Shown: in pieces, positions 39,180-49,420 of the stretch
Position numbering within the stretch: position 1 is the first letter of the stretch
Layout: every line of letters starts with the position of its first letter
NCBI GenBank assembly: GCA_963664815.2
Contig: CAXXHB010000003.1
Span: 256,001-320,000 of the forward strand
DNA: 64,000 bases
Origin: Spirochaetota bacterium
GTDB lineage: Bacteria; Spirochaetota; UBA4802; UBA5550
Direction: 5' to 3'
Made by a program: the position numbers and the translations under genes
Notes under the pieces: generated by a model
Database searches by the model: none
What the model saw: the letters and a program-made list of their open reading frames with translations, nothing else
What the model was told of the DNA's origin: nothing

Positions 39180-40328
39180 TCACCTCAACATAAAAAAAGT
39201 ACTGCCCAGAGAGAACATTACGGCAACCGCTATCCGGCCAAAATACCCGTACTTTGTTTTATAATAGTTCCATATCCATGCCATTGGCAGCATCAGAAGG
39301 ACAACTCCAGAAGAGATAATAATGCATGCTCCGAAACTGAGGCTTTGGTGGCTCATGGCTATTATCGATTTTCCCCACCAGAATTCGCGGTGAATAAGCT
39401 GTAGATGTAAAAAGTATACTGCCAGAGATTCCCGGCTGGGATATAGTATTATTGGAGATAATTTATCCCTCCATGAGCAGTAATAGTAGCAGGAAGAGAG
39501 TATCATGAATACAATTCCGAGTCTTCCGGTAAAAAAAAGAAAATCTGGCCGCACATCTTTAATAAGAAAAGCATAATCTTTAAGGTAGAACATTAATGGG
39601 ATGCAGATTACCGCAAACATAAACCCGGATATAAACAGTCGCTTCATGAACAGTGGAGCTGATCCCGCATCCAGTAATTTCGAGAAGAACCATGCGGCAA
39701 GATTGCCGGCAGCCATGAATCCGAACCATGGGAAAAGAGGAAAATTTGTATAGTATATCGGGGTTAAATACATGGCCATGGGAAGCGGCAAATATTTCTG
39801 AAAATCTATAGTATAGATTTTTACCGCAGGAATAACAGTGGCAAGACCAAGAACTAGAACCATAAGTAGAAATACTTTGTCATTTTTAATTGAAAGCCTT
39901 AATATAAATACTAGAAAAAGACCAAAGGCTATGCATTGCAGTACGTCTACCCCTAAAAAATTCATCCATTGATCGGCTGTTGCAACGTTAATGCATTTAT
40001 ATGCTGAAAAGAATGGTATATGCAGCATATAGCCGAGAAACCAAATAAGCATGATTCTTCCAATCTGTTTCCAGAAAGCATATCTGAATGTCCGGAATTC
40101 ATCAAGTTTTGAACGGGAAGCCAGCATAAATGAAAATCCGGAGATGAATATAAAACTTGGAGCAACCATGCCGTTGAGAAAATTTATGTAATTAAACCAT
40201 GTTTCATTTCTCAGGGCAGGGTTCATCATGGAATTGACGACATGTACCTCTATCATAACAATCATGGCAAGACCGCGCATGAGATCTACAAAGGTTAAAC
40301 GAGTATTTTTCATATTAAAATTTTCCAT
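39180..40328 (-). CDS. DUF1624/HGSNAT-like membrane acyltransferase
   Basis: VDLMRGLAMIVMIEVH, VAPSFIFISG, VDVLQCIA, FPLFPWFG; about 10 TM. Confidence 0.82.
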   Translation of the reverse strand: MENFNMKNTRLTFVDLMRGLAMIVMIEVHVVNSMMNPALRNETWFNYINFLNGMVAPSFIFISGFSFMLASRSKLDEFRTFRYAFWKQIGRIMLIWFLGYMLHIPFFSAYKCINVATADQWMNFLGVDVLQCIAFGLFLVFILRLSIKNDKVFLLMVLVLGLATVIPAVKIYTIDFQKYLPLPMAMYLTPIYYTNFPLFPWFGFMAAGNLAAWFFSKLLDAGSAPLFMKRLFISGFMFAVICIPLMFYLKDYAFLIKDVRPDFLFFTGRLGIVFMILSSCYYYCSWRDKLSPIILYPSRESLAVYFLHLQLIHREFWWGKSIIAMSHQSLSFGACIIISSGVVLLMLPMAWIWNYYKTKYGYFGRIAVAVMFSLGSTFFMLR

Positions 40329-40555
40329 TTTTAAATGATAATTTTAATATGAAGACGGTTGTCAATTAATAATCTTTCTGAAAAACAATCTTTGATTCGC
40401 TATCGATTAAAATTTTATATGTTGACCCATGTATAACTATATAAATTATTAATGACAATTATCTGGTGTTTCAGGATTATTGCCGAAACTGAAAAATGTA
40501 AATGGAATGAATTTTTATTGTATTATAATAATCTGATGAGGGCAACAATCATCAA

Positions 40556-41428
40556 ATGAAAAAAAAACCGGGAATTTATTTTTTAATAAGTTGTTACCTT
40601 ATTCTGGGAGTATCATTTTTAACAGGCAAAGTATATGCAAGGGAGGCATCTGACGAATACCCTGAAGGCTATTACGACGGCGATTCTCTACCTGAGAAAA
40701 CGGCATATCTCACGTTTGATGATGGTCCATCGGAATGGACTGACAGTATACTTAATATATTGAAGAACGAAAATGTAAAAGCGACATTTTTTGTGAGTGC
40801 ATGGTGGAACAATGGGAAGATGAAAGGACAGAGCAATTTCCAGAAACAGGAGAATTCTCTTAGAAGGATGGTTAAGGAGGGACATGTCATTGGCAACCAT
40901 ACATCTGGGCACAGAGTTCTCCCTTTTTTGTCTTCCCGGACGATTTTGTATCAGTTCAATTCCAATCAATGTTTTTTGGAGGAAGTATTGGGAAATGATA
41001 CTCCTGTAATGACAATAATACGCCCTCCGCTGGGGAGCCCGTGGTCAAGAAAAACATCGGCAGATAAAAGAAAATCTGTCGGAAACATTGTAAGAAAAAT
41101 AGGAATAGTAGCTATGTGGACAAAGGATTTTGACTCCACTGATTCATGGAATTGGGCCAGGGGTGAATGGTTCAGGTCAAGCCCCAGGTTAGATGAAAAC
41201 AATCCCTCATATGTGCATAAAATGGAGAAGATTTACAGCAGAATTGCAGCGAAAGCGGATGGAACTGGCATGGTCATATTGATGCATGACACTCACCCTA
41301 CTTCGCGCGATGTTCTTGATTCTATAATTATTGAACTGAAAAGAAAAGGGTACAGGTTCTGCACTATGGAGGACTTTGTATTATGGAAATATGGTAAAAG
41401 CAGTAAGGCGCTTCTTGGAATAAAATAA
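40556..41428 (+). CDS. Exported polysaccharide deacetylase (NodB/CE4)
   Basis: LTFDDGP, ATFFV, GNHTSGH, RPPLG, LMHD; signal peptide. Confidence 0.92.
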   Translation: MKKKPGIYFLISCYLILGVSFLTGKVYAREASDEYPEGYYDGDSLPEKTAYLTFDDGPSEWTDSILNILKNENVKATFFVSAWWNNGKMKGQSNFQKQENSLRRMVKEGHVIGNHTSGHRVLPFLSSRTILYQFNSNQCFLEEVLGNDTPVMTIIRPPLGSPWSRKTSADKRKSVGNIVRKIGIVAMWTKDFDSTDSWNWARGEWFRSSPRLDENNPSYVHKMEKIYSRIAAKADGTGMVILMHDTHPTSRDVLDSIIIELKRKGYRFCTMEDFVLWKYGKSSKALLGIK

Positions 41429-41571
41429 TAAAACTGTTTTTTAAAATAGCAGTGCTGTGGAATATCTTCAGCAGAGTTGAAGTAAAAAAATGCCGGGTTA
41501 ATACAGACTTCTTTGTCCCATTAGTTGAGGGTAGTGGAATTAGACTTGTCAGTCATTCTATGCTATGAATG

Positions 41572-41862
41572 TTACATTTCTATATACTCAAGTGAGCTTC
41601 TTGTATAAGGAACTTCAAGTAACGGCGTAGTATTTTCTTTCCATTTTTTGTAATGATCCGTTTCTCTGTGTTTATTCTGGTCTTCAACAGAATTAAAAAT
41701 CTCGAATAGTATGAATGTACTTTCTGTATCGAGATCCCTGAAGAACTCAAAGCGTTTAACTCCCGGTTCTTTAATGCTGTTGTAAACATTATCATTTGTG
41801 TAACGGATGAAGTCGTTCACATATTGCTTTTGTACCGTAAGATTGACCTGTACTATAACCAT
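41572..41862 (-). CDS. Antibiotic-biosynthesis-monooxygenase family (LsrG/quinol monooxygenase-like) protein
   Basis: SIKEPG..RF, FILFEIF, HRETDHYKKW; GGAG before ATG 41862. Confidence 0.85.
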   Translation of the reverse strand: MVIVQVNLTVQKQYVNDFIRYTNDNVYNSIKEPGVKRFEFFRDLDTESTFILFEIFNSVEDQNKHRETDHYKKWKENTTPLLEVPYTRSSLEYIEM

Positions 41863-42218
41863 TTTTCTCTCCGGAATATTGGATTTCAATGATGGATTAG
41901 CTGCAAAACACAGCATCAACTGAGAAACGAAGCGATAGCATTTTTAAATACCCATAACATCACTTATTTCTGCAAAAGCAGAGCTTTATATAAAAATTGT
42001 GTTTTGTTATCACCTGTATGTATTGATACGGAAAATCTTCGGTAAAATCAATAAAAAATTTATATGTAATACGTAAATATTTAATGGCTGGTGGTAATTT
42101 TGAATTAATATTCTTTATGGAAAGAAATATTATATTTCAATGCAGATAATGGTATAAAAAAGATCGTTGTTCTCATATTACGGTTAAATGCATCGAAACT
42201 TAAAATTTATTAATTAAC

Positions 42219-42252
42219 TTGACATAATATCGCTATTTGCAAATTGTTTGCA
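42219..42252 (+). promoter_or_regulatory. Promoter with putative Zur box
   Basis: TTGACA (42219-42224); TGCAAA-ttg-TTTGCA palindrome (42238-42252) over the expected -10, upstream of the Fur-family/znu operon. Confidence 0.7.
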
Positions 42253-42361
42253 TCTGAAGTTATTTATGGCATATACGGATTCTGTTTATTCCACCGACAT
42301 CTATATTCAATGATGTTAAATTTTTTATTGAGGGCTTTTATTGTAATCTGTACAATGCACC

Positions 42362-42790
42362 ATGAGAGGGTTGATGGATAATTGTAAATCGGATTCACTT
42401 CTTTGTGATAAAAAAATAAAGGTAACCAAACAGAGGATAACCATTCTTGATCTTATTATTTCAAAGGATTCATCATTCTGCGCGAATAACCTTTTTGACG
42501 AACTGAGCGGGAGCATTGATCTTGTTACAATTTATCGTAACCTTCAGCTTTTTTGTGCTGCAGGAATTCTAAGGGAAGTTGTAAATAAATGCGACAGACA
42601 ATATTTTGAAATTTCATGCGAACATAATCCGGCTCATCCTCATTTTTACTGTAATTTATGCAGAAAAATTTTCTGCATGAAATCAAAGAATAGTTCTGAC
42701 TATAAAGCAAAGAAAAATATTAAGGATAATTTTATCATTCAGGAAATGGTTATCCACTATAGCGGAATATGTCCCGCATGTCGTGCATAA
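42362..42790 (+). CDS. zur: Fur-family repressor (probable Zur)
   Basis: TKQR..IL, DLVTIYRNL, HPHFYCNLC, CPAC; heads the metal ABC operon. Confidence 0.8.
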   Translation: MRGLMDNCKSDSLLCDKKIKVTKQRITILDLIISKDSSFCANNLFDELSGSIDLVTIYRNLQLFCAAGILREVVNKCDRQYFEISCEHNPAHPHFYCNLCRKIFCMKSKNSSDYKAKKNIKDNFIIQEMVIHYSGICPACRA

Positions 42791-42873
42791 CCGGAAGATA
42801 TTTGTATTTTAACCCGGTATGATATTTCAACCATTTGTTATTATTGTTTTGCCGGTATAAAAGGAGTCAGCTG

Positions 42874-43764
42874 ATGAAAAGAGTTAATCTTGTTGTTCTG
42901 CTTGTTGTTTTTCTTGTAGAATTTACAGGATGTAAAAAAGAGGAACCGGTAATAGCTGTGGATGAATTTCTGATCGTTGCTTCATTTTACCCTGTGTACA
43001 TCGTGGCTTTGAATGTGGCGCATGGGATTGAAGGGGTGAAGGTTGTCAACATGACACCACCCGTTACAGGATGCCTTCATGATTATACAATTAATTCAGC
43101 AGATATGCAGAATCTTGAGAAGGCGGACATCTTCCTGGTAAATGGCGCAGGGATGGAGTCTTTCATGGAAAAGATTGCCGGAAAATATCCTGCGTTAAAG
43201 ACTTTTGAGCTGGCACGGGGTATACCGTTAATTAAAGAGGGTGAAAACGTAAATCCGCATGTATGGGTAAGTATAAGTAATGAGATAATTATGACACAAA
43301 ATTGCGTGAATGCACTATCTGAAGCTGATAAAAAAAATGCGAATGCTTATAATAAAAACGCGGCAAATTATATCAAAGAACTTAATGATCTTAAAACGGA
43401 GATGAAAGAATCGCTGAATAAATTTAAAGGGAGAAAAATTGTTACTTTTCACGAGGCTTTCCCCTATTTTGCGAAAGAACACAATCTCCTGATAGCCGCT
43501 GTAATACAACGGGAACCGGGGAGTGAGCCGTCCGCAAAGGAGCTTGCTGATACGATTAATCTTGTACGTAAAGTTAAGATTAAGACTCTTTTTGCTGAAC
43601 CTCAATACCCTTCTTCATCTGCTGATATAATTGCTCAAGAAACAGGGGCAAAGGTCTATCTGCTTGATCCAGCTGTAACTGGTGATGATGATAAAGGCGC
43701 TTATATAAAAATTATGAGACAGAATCTTTTTGTACTGGTGAACGCTTTAAATGAAAAACAGTAA
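42874..43764 (+). CDS. znuA: Zn/Mn ABC transporter substrate-binding lipoprotein
   Basis: FTGC lipobox; ASFYP, GCLHDY, NPHVW, FHEAFPYFA, LDP; AAGGAG SD. Confidence 0.9.
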   Translation: MKRVNLVVLLVVFLVEFTGCKKEEPVIAVDEFLIVASFYPVYIVALNVAHGIEGVKVVNMTPPVTGCLHDYTINSADMQNLEKADIFLVNGAGMESFMEKIAGKYPALKTFELARGIPLIKEGENVNPHVWVSISNEIIMTQNCVNALSEADKKNANAYNKNAANYIKELNDLKTEMKESLNKFKGRKIVTFHEAFPYFAKEHNLLIAAVIQREPGSEPSAKELADTINLVRKVKIKTLFAEPQYPSSSADIIAQETGAKVYLLDPAVTGDDDKGAYIKIMRQNLFVLVNALNEKQ

Positions 43765-44557
43765 TAAACATAAATGCAGCATAGGCGAATCCTGTGATCA
43801 GTGCTGTACCTATATTGAAGCTCTGTCGGTCTGTTATAACGGAGTAAAAGCTGTCGAAAATATAGATTTCAGATTTTCCTGCGGGGAGATAACAGCAATA
43901 ATAGGCCCAAATGGCGGAGGAAAGAGCTCAATTCTGCGGGCGATACTCGGGGAAGTGGAGTTTGAAGGGAGTATAGGGTTCTGCTCAACCTCAGGAAATG
44001 GTAAAAAACCGAGAATAGGGTATGTTCCCCAGAAGGTTTCAATCCAGCCGGATTCCCCGATAAGTGTACTTGATCTTTTGCTCTTATCTCAGGGGTATCT
44101 TTTAGCATGGATGCATGTATCAAAGAAAAAGAAAAAAGAGATGATTGATCTTCTATCTATTGCCTCGGCTGAAAATCTTGCTTCCCGCAGGGTAGGTGAG
44201 CTGTCGGGCGGCGAGCTCCAGAGAGTTCTTCTTGCCTGTTCACTTAATCCTCTTCCCGACCTTCTCCTTCTTGATGAACCGGTATCTGCCGTTGACGTGA
44301 GAGGTATGGAATCCTTTTATGAAACAATATGCAACCTGAGAAAAGCATACCATATGTCGATTGTACTTGTTACTCATGACATCGGGGCAATAGTTCCTCA
44401 TGCGGATAAAATGATTCTTGTAAATAAAAGTATACTCACCATGGGCGATCCTGCACAGGTGTTGAAACATCCTGAATTCAGGAAACAGATGGGGAGTGTT
44501 TATCCCGTTTTTATGGATGTTCACAGAGAAAGGCATACCGGTGGTGTCAGGATATGA
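43751..44557 (+). CDS. znuC: Metal ABC transporter ATP-binding protein
   Basis: GPNGGGKS, IGYVPQ, LSGGELQR, LLLDEP, VTHD. Confidence 0.92.
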   Translation: MKNSNKHKCSIGESCDQCCTYIEALSVCYNGVKAVENIDFRFSCGEITAIIGPNGGGKSSILRAILGEVEFEGSIGFCSTSGNGKKPRIGYVPQKVSIQPDSPISVLDLLLLSQGYLLAWMHVSKKKKKEMIDLLSIASAENLASRRVGELSGGELQRVLLACSLNPLPDLLLLDEPVSAVDVRGMESFYETICNLRKAYHMSIVLVTHDIGAIVPHADKMILVNKSILTMGDPAQVLKHPEFRKQMGSVYPVFMDVHRERHTGGVRI

Positions 44558-45408
44558 TGGATTTTTGGTATAGATCCATTGAACTCCTCCCGTTTTCATG
44601 GGTTAGTTTTGAATTTATGAAAAATGCCCTTCTGGCTGTAATAATTGTCACTCCATGTTTCGGGTTAGTAGGTACAATGGTTGTGGGTAACCGGATGGCT
44701 TTTTTTTCTGATGTAATAGGGCATTCGGCTCTTACCGGAATTGCGATAGGGGTAGTGATGGGATTTACCGATGTTCGCCCGGTGATGATTGTATTTGCGG
44801 TAGTTCTCTCAGTGGCAATAAATATCATCCTTGAAAAATCAAAAGCCACCACCGATACTGTCATAGGTGTTTTCTCTGCTTCTACGGTGGCGCTTGGTGT
44901 TGCCCTTCTCAGCAGTGGAGGTTCATTTAACAGGTATTCTGTATTTCTCATTGGTGATATTCTCTCAGTTACAAAAATGGAAATATTTTATCTTGTTCTT
45001 CTGTTTGCAGCGGTGGCAGTATTCTGGATTTTTTTCGGAAGCTATCTCGCGCTTATCAGCGCGGAACCATCACTGGCATATGGCAGGATTGTTTCGCCGT
45101 TTGTTGTTAGAACGCTGTTTTCAGTCCTTGTGGCACTTGTAGTTATTCTTTCAATAAGATGGGTGGGATTACTGATCATAAACTCACTTTTTATTCTTCC
45201 CGCAGCATCCGCCCGGATGGTATCTGATTCTCTGAGAGACTACTATTCAAGGTCTGTACTGATAAGTCTAGTATCAGGTATAGCGGGTCTTATAATATCA
45301 TTTTATACAGGGAGTGCATGCGGGGCATCAATTGTTCTTTGTTCAGCCGGCATATATATTTTGTTTGTTGTATTTAAGCCGCTTTTTCAGAGGTTTACCC
45401 GGGAATGA
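44554..45408 (+). CDS. znuB: Metal ABC transporter permease
   Basis: RMAFFSDVIGHSALTG, LIGDILSV, LPAASAR. Confidence 0.92.
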   Translation: MMDFWYRSIELLPFSWVSFEFMKNALLAVIIVTPCFGLVGTMVVGNRMAFFSDVIGHSALTGIAIGVVMGFTDVRPVMIVFAVVLSVAINIILEKSKATTDTVIGVFSASTVALGVALLSSGGSFNRYSVFLIGDILSVTKMEIFYLVLLFAAVAVFWIFFGSYLALISAEPSLAYGRIVSPFVVRTLFSVLVALVVILSIRWVGLLIINSLFILPAASARMVSDSLRDYYSRSVLISLVSGIAGLIISFYTGSACGASIVLCSAGIYILFVVFKPLFQRFTRE

Positions 45409-45489
45409 GTTTTATAATAAATAAATGTTCATAAATTATTACAGAAAATATTTTTAAGCATTATAACAGAAACCGGAGGGAGTAAAAAC

Positions 45490-47427
45490 ATGCATTGGAG
45501 ACTCAGATATTTTTTTTACAATAAAACAGCCGGAGTCATTAACCTGGTTCTATGGTCGACGGCATTAACCATATATCTGCTGTCGGATAGAGTCAGCGGC
45601 GGTATAGACGGTAGTATTTTTATTACTTATTTATATCTTTTCTTCTCAATTATTATTCTCAATGCATTTATGTTTTATATTTTGCGGTTTCTTTTATCGT
45701 CTTTTAAATACGGTCCTGTAGCTGCATATCTTGCATCGAATGTAATTGTAACGATGATATTCTTAATTAATAACATAACAGTATTGATATACGGAAAACA
45801 ACTCGGATCAGAGGGAGTGGTCATGGCCTGGAGAGGGTGGGTTGGAGGTGAGATGGGTGATTTTACTTCAAGTGTAATAAAAATGTTTCTGTTTGTTAGT
45901 CTTTATGTTCTTTTATTCTATATATTTTACTATTTGCTGAATAAATTATTCTCGGGCAGATCTATGAACTTTAATTCTTCTGTAGCTTCGATCCTGGTAA
46001 TTATTCTTTTTGCCTTTATACTCCATTTCAGACTTGTAGCCGTTGCCGGAACAGAGAATAAAATGAATATGATGAAAAACAAAATTCCATGGCAATCTGT
46101 AACAGGTTTCCCCGAAGATCACGTGAAGGTTGATGAAGACGGGGTTAAAGGTCATGGGATCCCGGCTCTCTTCACATCACCGGAATTTCTTGATGAGAAA
46201 ATGGAAGTTGAACAACTAAAGAAACTCGACATGGTGAAGGATAAAATTATTACACAGAGCATAACAGTAAAAAATCCCATGAACATACTTTTCATGAATA
46301 TTGAAGGATTAAGAAACGATATGCTGAACCCGGTCAATATGCCCTTTCTTTATAAATTCGCATCAGAGAGAGGTTTTATTCTCAGGAAACACTATACCAC
46401 AGGGAATAATACACCGGGGAGCCTTTTTGGTATGCTTACCGGGCTTGCCCCTTATTATTTCGAACCGTTAAGAGGTAACAAATTTTTAAATATTCCACTT
46501 CATGTACTGAAGAGAGCTGGATACACTGAGTCTTTCTATTATAATTCACCAAAGGAATATGAATACATTCACAGAGATATAATTGAGAAGACTGAGGACA
46601 GATTCTGCAGAGCTCCGGGAACCAAGAATGATGATTATGGTCCAAGGGAGAAGATCCTTATAGACAAGTTGATTAACGATCTCAGGAGTGATAATAGCGG
46701 GAAACGTTTTGATTACTATCTTATGAATGTATCTCATTTTAATTATTTTTATCCCGAGAATTGCAGGAAGTTTGTACCTGATTATAATGCGAATTTTACA
46801 ATAATCAGCGGTACACAGGAAAAGTTCAGGAAGGACAGGGTAGAGCTGAAGAACAGGTATATGAACGCTGTTTATTATACAGATCATCTTCTTGAACAGC
46901 TTATAACAGAGATGGACAGGATGGGGAGGCTTAATAATACAATTATAGTTATATCGGGGGATCATGGTGAGGAGTTCTGGGAACATGGAAGCTTTGGTCA
47001 TACATGGGGTCTGAATAATATACAGATTCAGCCGGCGGCGTTCATATTCTATCCCGGTATCAATAAGAACAGTATAAAGTACAGGTACACTTCTCATCAG
47101 GATTTTATGCCTACGGTTTTTGATCTTATCGGGCTTAATATAGACTGGAGAATCTTTATGACGGGAAAATCACTTGTAAATTACAACGCCGATCTTGATT
47201 ATGCGATTTCATCTCTCGGCATTCTCGTAAGCTTTAAAAGAAACGGTTATGCAATAATTGGCAACGGATACAAGGTTCTATATAAAAACAATATGGATCT
47301 CAACAATTCTCCGTATGCGATATATGATGATGATGATAAGCCTGTTGAGGAGTTTGATACTCACAGAATTATTGACCTGCTTATGAAAACGAAGAGTTCC
47401 AAGCGACTTACAGCGCCGAAGTTGTAA
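45490..47427 (+). CDS. Membrane-anchored sulfatase-fold protein (YejM/PbgA or LTA-synthase-like)
   Basis: 5 N-terminal TMs; NIEGLRND, HYTTGNNT, SHFNY, SGDHGEEF.E.G.FGH, TSHQDFMPT. Confidence 0.85.
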   Translation: MHWRLRYFFYNKTAGVINLVLWSTALTIYLLSDRVSGGIDGSIFITYLYLFFSIIILNAFMFYILRFLLSSFKYGPVAAYLASNVIVTMIFLINNITVLIYGKQLGSEGVVMAWRGWVGGEMGDFTSSVIKMFLFVSLYVLLFYIFYYLLNKLFSGRSMNFNSSVASILVIILFAFILHFRLVAVAGTENKMNMMKNKIPWQSVTGFPEDHVKVDEDGVKGHGIPALFTSPEFLDEKMEVEQLKKLDMVKDKIITQSITVKNPMNILFMNIEGLRNDMLNPVNMPFLYKFASERGFILRKHYTTGNNTPGSLFGMLTGLAPYYFEPLRGNKFLNIPLHVLKRAGYTESFYYNSPKEYEYIHRDIIEKTEDRFCRAPGTKNDDYGPREKILIDKLINDLRSDNSGKRFDYYLMNVSHFNYFYPENCRKFVPDYNANFTIISGTQEKFRKDRVELKNRYMNAVYYTDHLLEQLITEMDRMGRLNNTIIVISGDHGEEFWEHGSFGHTWGLNNIQIQPAAFIFYPGINKNSIKYRYTSHQDFMPTVFDLIGLNIDWRIFMTGKSLVNYNADLDYAISSLGILVSFKRNGYAIIGNGYKVLYKNNMDLNNSPYAIYDDDDKPVEEFDTHRIIDLLMKTKSSKRLTAPKL

Positions 47428-47472
47428 GGGGGACGGATATTGCATGATCATACAGTTCTGATCCTGTAATAT

Positions 47473-48255
47473 TCAATAGTTAATGGCTTCTATCAGCGAT
47501 TCAGTGATTTTATTATAATCCGGTTCATGGTCAACTTCGCAGAGTTCGTAAGTTATTACAAGCGCTTTGTAGTCCAGTGTGGATTTAATACTCCCCAGTG
47601 ATCCAGGAGTTGGGTAACCGACATCTTCTCCTGTATTTATTCCGGATATTTCAGACATTTTTTTCAGCAGTTTCTCCGGATTATTCTCATCTGAATATAT
47701 TGTGTTGAAAGGCTGGTGCATTTGAATTATAAGTGCAGGCCTGTAAATTTCAATTGAGTTTGCAAGCAATACTGTTTCTGGTTCCGATGCGGGCAGAGGG
47801 CCGGGATTGTTGTATTCCTTGATGAACAGGGGGGACCATGTCCCTGTTGGGAAGTTTCTGTTTAAATCTACTTTATGTCCGTTTGTGCGTCTGCCTTTAA
47901 GAAGGCCGTCGGGATTGAGACAGGGAATGATAACCACACGGTTTTTTATTGATCTCGGATTCTTCTTTAAATATTGTGCAAGCTTCAGTGCCGAGATAAA
48001 ACCTGCAGGCTCATCTCCATGCATTCCACCGATAATCATTGTCATTTTATCCCCGGAGCCGAATTCCCTGTAATAAATCCGGTTTTTCCAGTTTGATTTT
48101 CCCATTACATTCCATTTAATTCCGGACAATGGCATTTCACGGTATAACCTGACAGCTTTGTTTAAAATTCTGTTCTGTTTCTTGTATGAAACAGCATCGG
48201 CTGATGTCAGTGATAATATTATAATCATCAACGATGATACGATTTTTATATTCAT
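47473..48255 (-). CDS. M14 Zn-carboxypeptidase, murein-peptide amidase (MpaA-like), exported
   Basis: GGMHGDE, LNPDG, DLNRNF, SEPET, MHQP, GYPTPGSLG, TYEL. Confidence 0.88.
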   Translation of the reverse strand: MNIKIVSSLMIIILSLTSADAVSYKKQNRILNKAVRLYREMPLSGIKWNVMGKSNWKNRIYYREFGSGDKMTMIIGGMHGDEPAGFISALKLAQYLKKNPRSIKNRVVIIPCLNPDGLLKGRRTNGHKVDLNRNFPTGTWSPLFIKEYNNPGPLPASEPETVLLANSIEIYRPALIIQMHQPFNTIYSDENNPEKLLKKMSEISGINTGEDVGYPTPGSLGSIKSTLDYKALVITYELCEVDHEPDYNKITESLIEAINY

Positions 48256-48313
48256 ATTTTTTAATCGGTCTGCTGCAAAAAAATAATTTATACTTTTCTG
48301 TTTACAAAGTTAT

Positions 48314-48343
48314 ACCTTTGATACAACCTGTTGTATCAAAGGT
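48314..48343. repeat. Perfect 14-2-14 inverted repeat in a divergent intergenic region
   Basis: ACCTTTGATACAAC-ct-GTTGTATCAAAGGT. Confidence 0.85.
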
Positions 48344-48466
48344 TCTGGATAATCAGTCATATTATCAGAACAAATACACAAACTGGCTGGATATAGTAGA
48401 TATATTTATTAATAATGTCTATCTATTAATTCTTAAACCTCTTTATAAATGATGAAGGAAATTAAT

Positions 48467-48982
48467 ATGGATGAAATGAAATCAATTAAATTATACAATT
48501 CAATGATTGAAAAGCTTGATCTTCATGAAGCAAAGCTGCTCGGGAAATACGGGGAGCATATTCATTGCGAGAGAGGATGTAACTCCTGCTGTATTCTTGA
48601 AAGCGTTTTCCCTGTTGATGCTTTTGTAATATATAATTATTTCGTATCGGGGAGGATAAACGTTGAATCGTTATCTTTTGATGAAATACCAGGGAGATGT
48701 GTTTTCGTTAAAGATGGCGCCTGTTCGGTTTATTCAGCAAGGCCTGTTATCTGCCGGACTCATGGGTATCCGGTATTTGTAGACGGCAGGGCGGATTTCT
48801 GTCCAGATAATTTCATCAGTTTGAAGACGATAGATTCTGAATATATACTTGATCTTGAAAATCTGAACAAAGCGATTGCAACAATAAATATATTGTTTCA
48901 AAGGGAGATTCATATAGAGTTTTTCTTAAGAGAGAGAGTTCCCCTTGAAGAACTGAAAGATTTCATCGCAAAACTCTCCTGA
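48467..48982 (+). CDS. YkgJ-family (CxxCxxCC) cysteine-cluster protein
   Basis: CERGCNSCC, CVF...ACSVYSARPVICRTHGYP, CPDNF; AAGGA before ATG 48467. Confidence 0.88.
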   Translation: MDEMKSIKLYNSMIEKLDLHEAKLLGKYGEHIHCERGCNSCCILESVFPVDAFVIYNYFVSGRINVESLSFDEIPGRCVFVKDGACSVYSARPVICRTHGYPVFVDGRADFCPDNFISLKTIDSEYILDLENLNKAIATINILFQREIHIEFFLRERVPLEELKDFIAKLS

Positions 48983-49139
48983 TATTATCGAAGGATTTAC
49001 AAGAGCTTGATAAATATTATTATTTAAAGATAAAATTATAAAAAAGCTTTAAATCGATTTAATCAAAAATGTTAATAGATAAATATTAAATATTAGTTGA
49101 ATTATTTTTACTGTATTTTATCAGTTAGCTCGTAGGGTT

Positions 49140-49259
49140 TATTCAGGGAACCGGGTGAAAATCCCGGGCTGTCCCGCAACTGTAACCATAGATTTATGGA
49201 AGCCAGATCGCTGAATATGCCAAACAAACCGGTATTACTTTCGCGGAAAGGGAGGTTTG
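49140..49259 (+). ncRNA. Cobalamin riboswitch (compact)
   Basis: AGGGAA, CCGGGTGAAAATCCCGG T-loop hairpin, CTGTCCCGCAACTGTAA, AAGCCAGA B12 box, downstream CTTTCGCGGAAAG kissing hairpin; upstream of a TonB receptor. Confidence 0.93.
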
Positions 49260-49420
49260 CAATGGAAATGTTTATCATCCTGCATATCAGATTCTACTAT
49301 TAACTTTTCTCCATTATATCACAGATCTTGTCTTTACGGTAAATAAAACATCATACATGATTTTATATGCATTTACCTGTGGAGAAGATTGCAGTAAGGT
49401 TCGAAAAAATAATAAATTGA

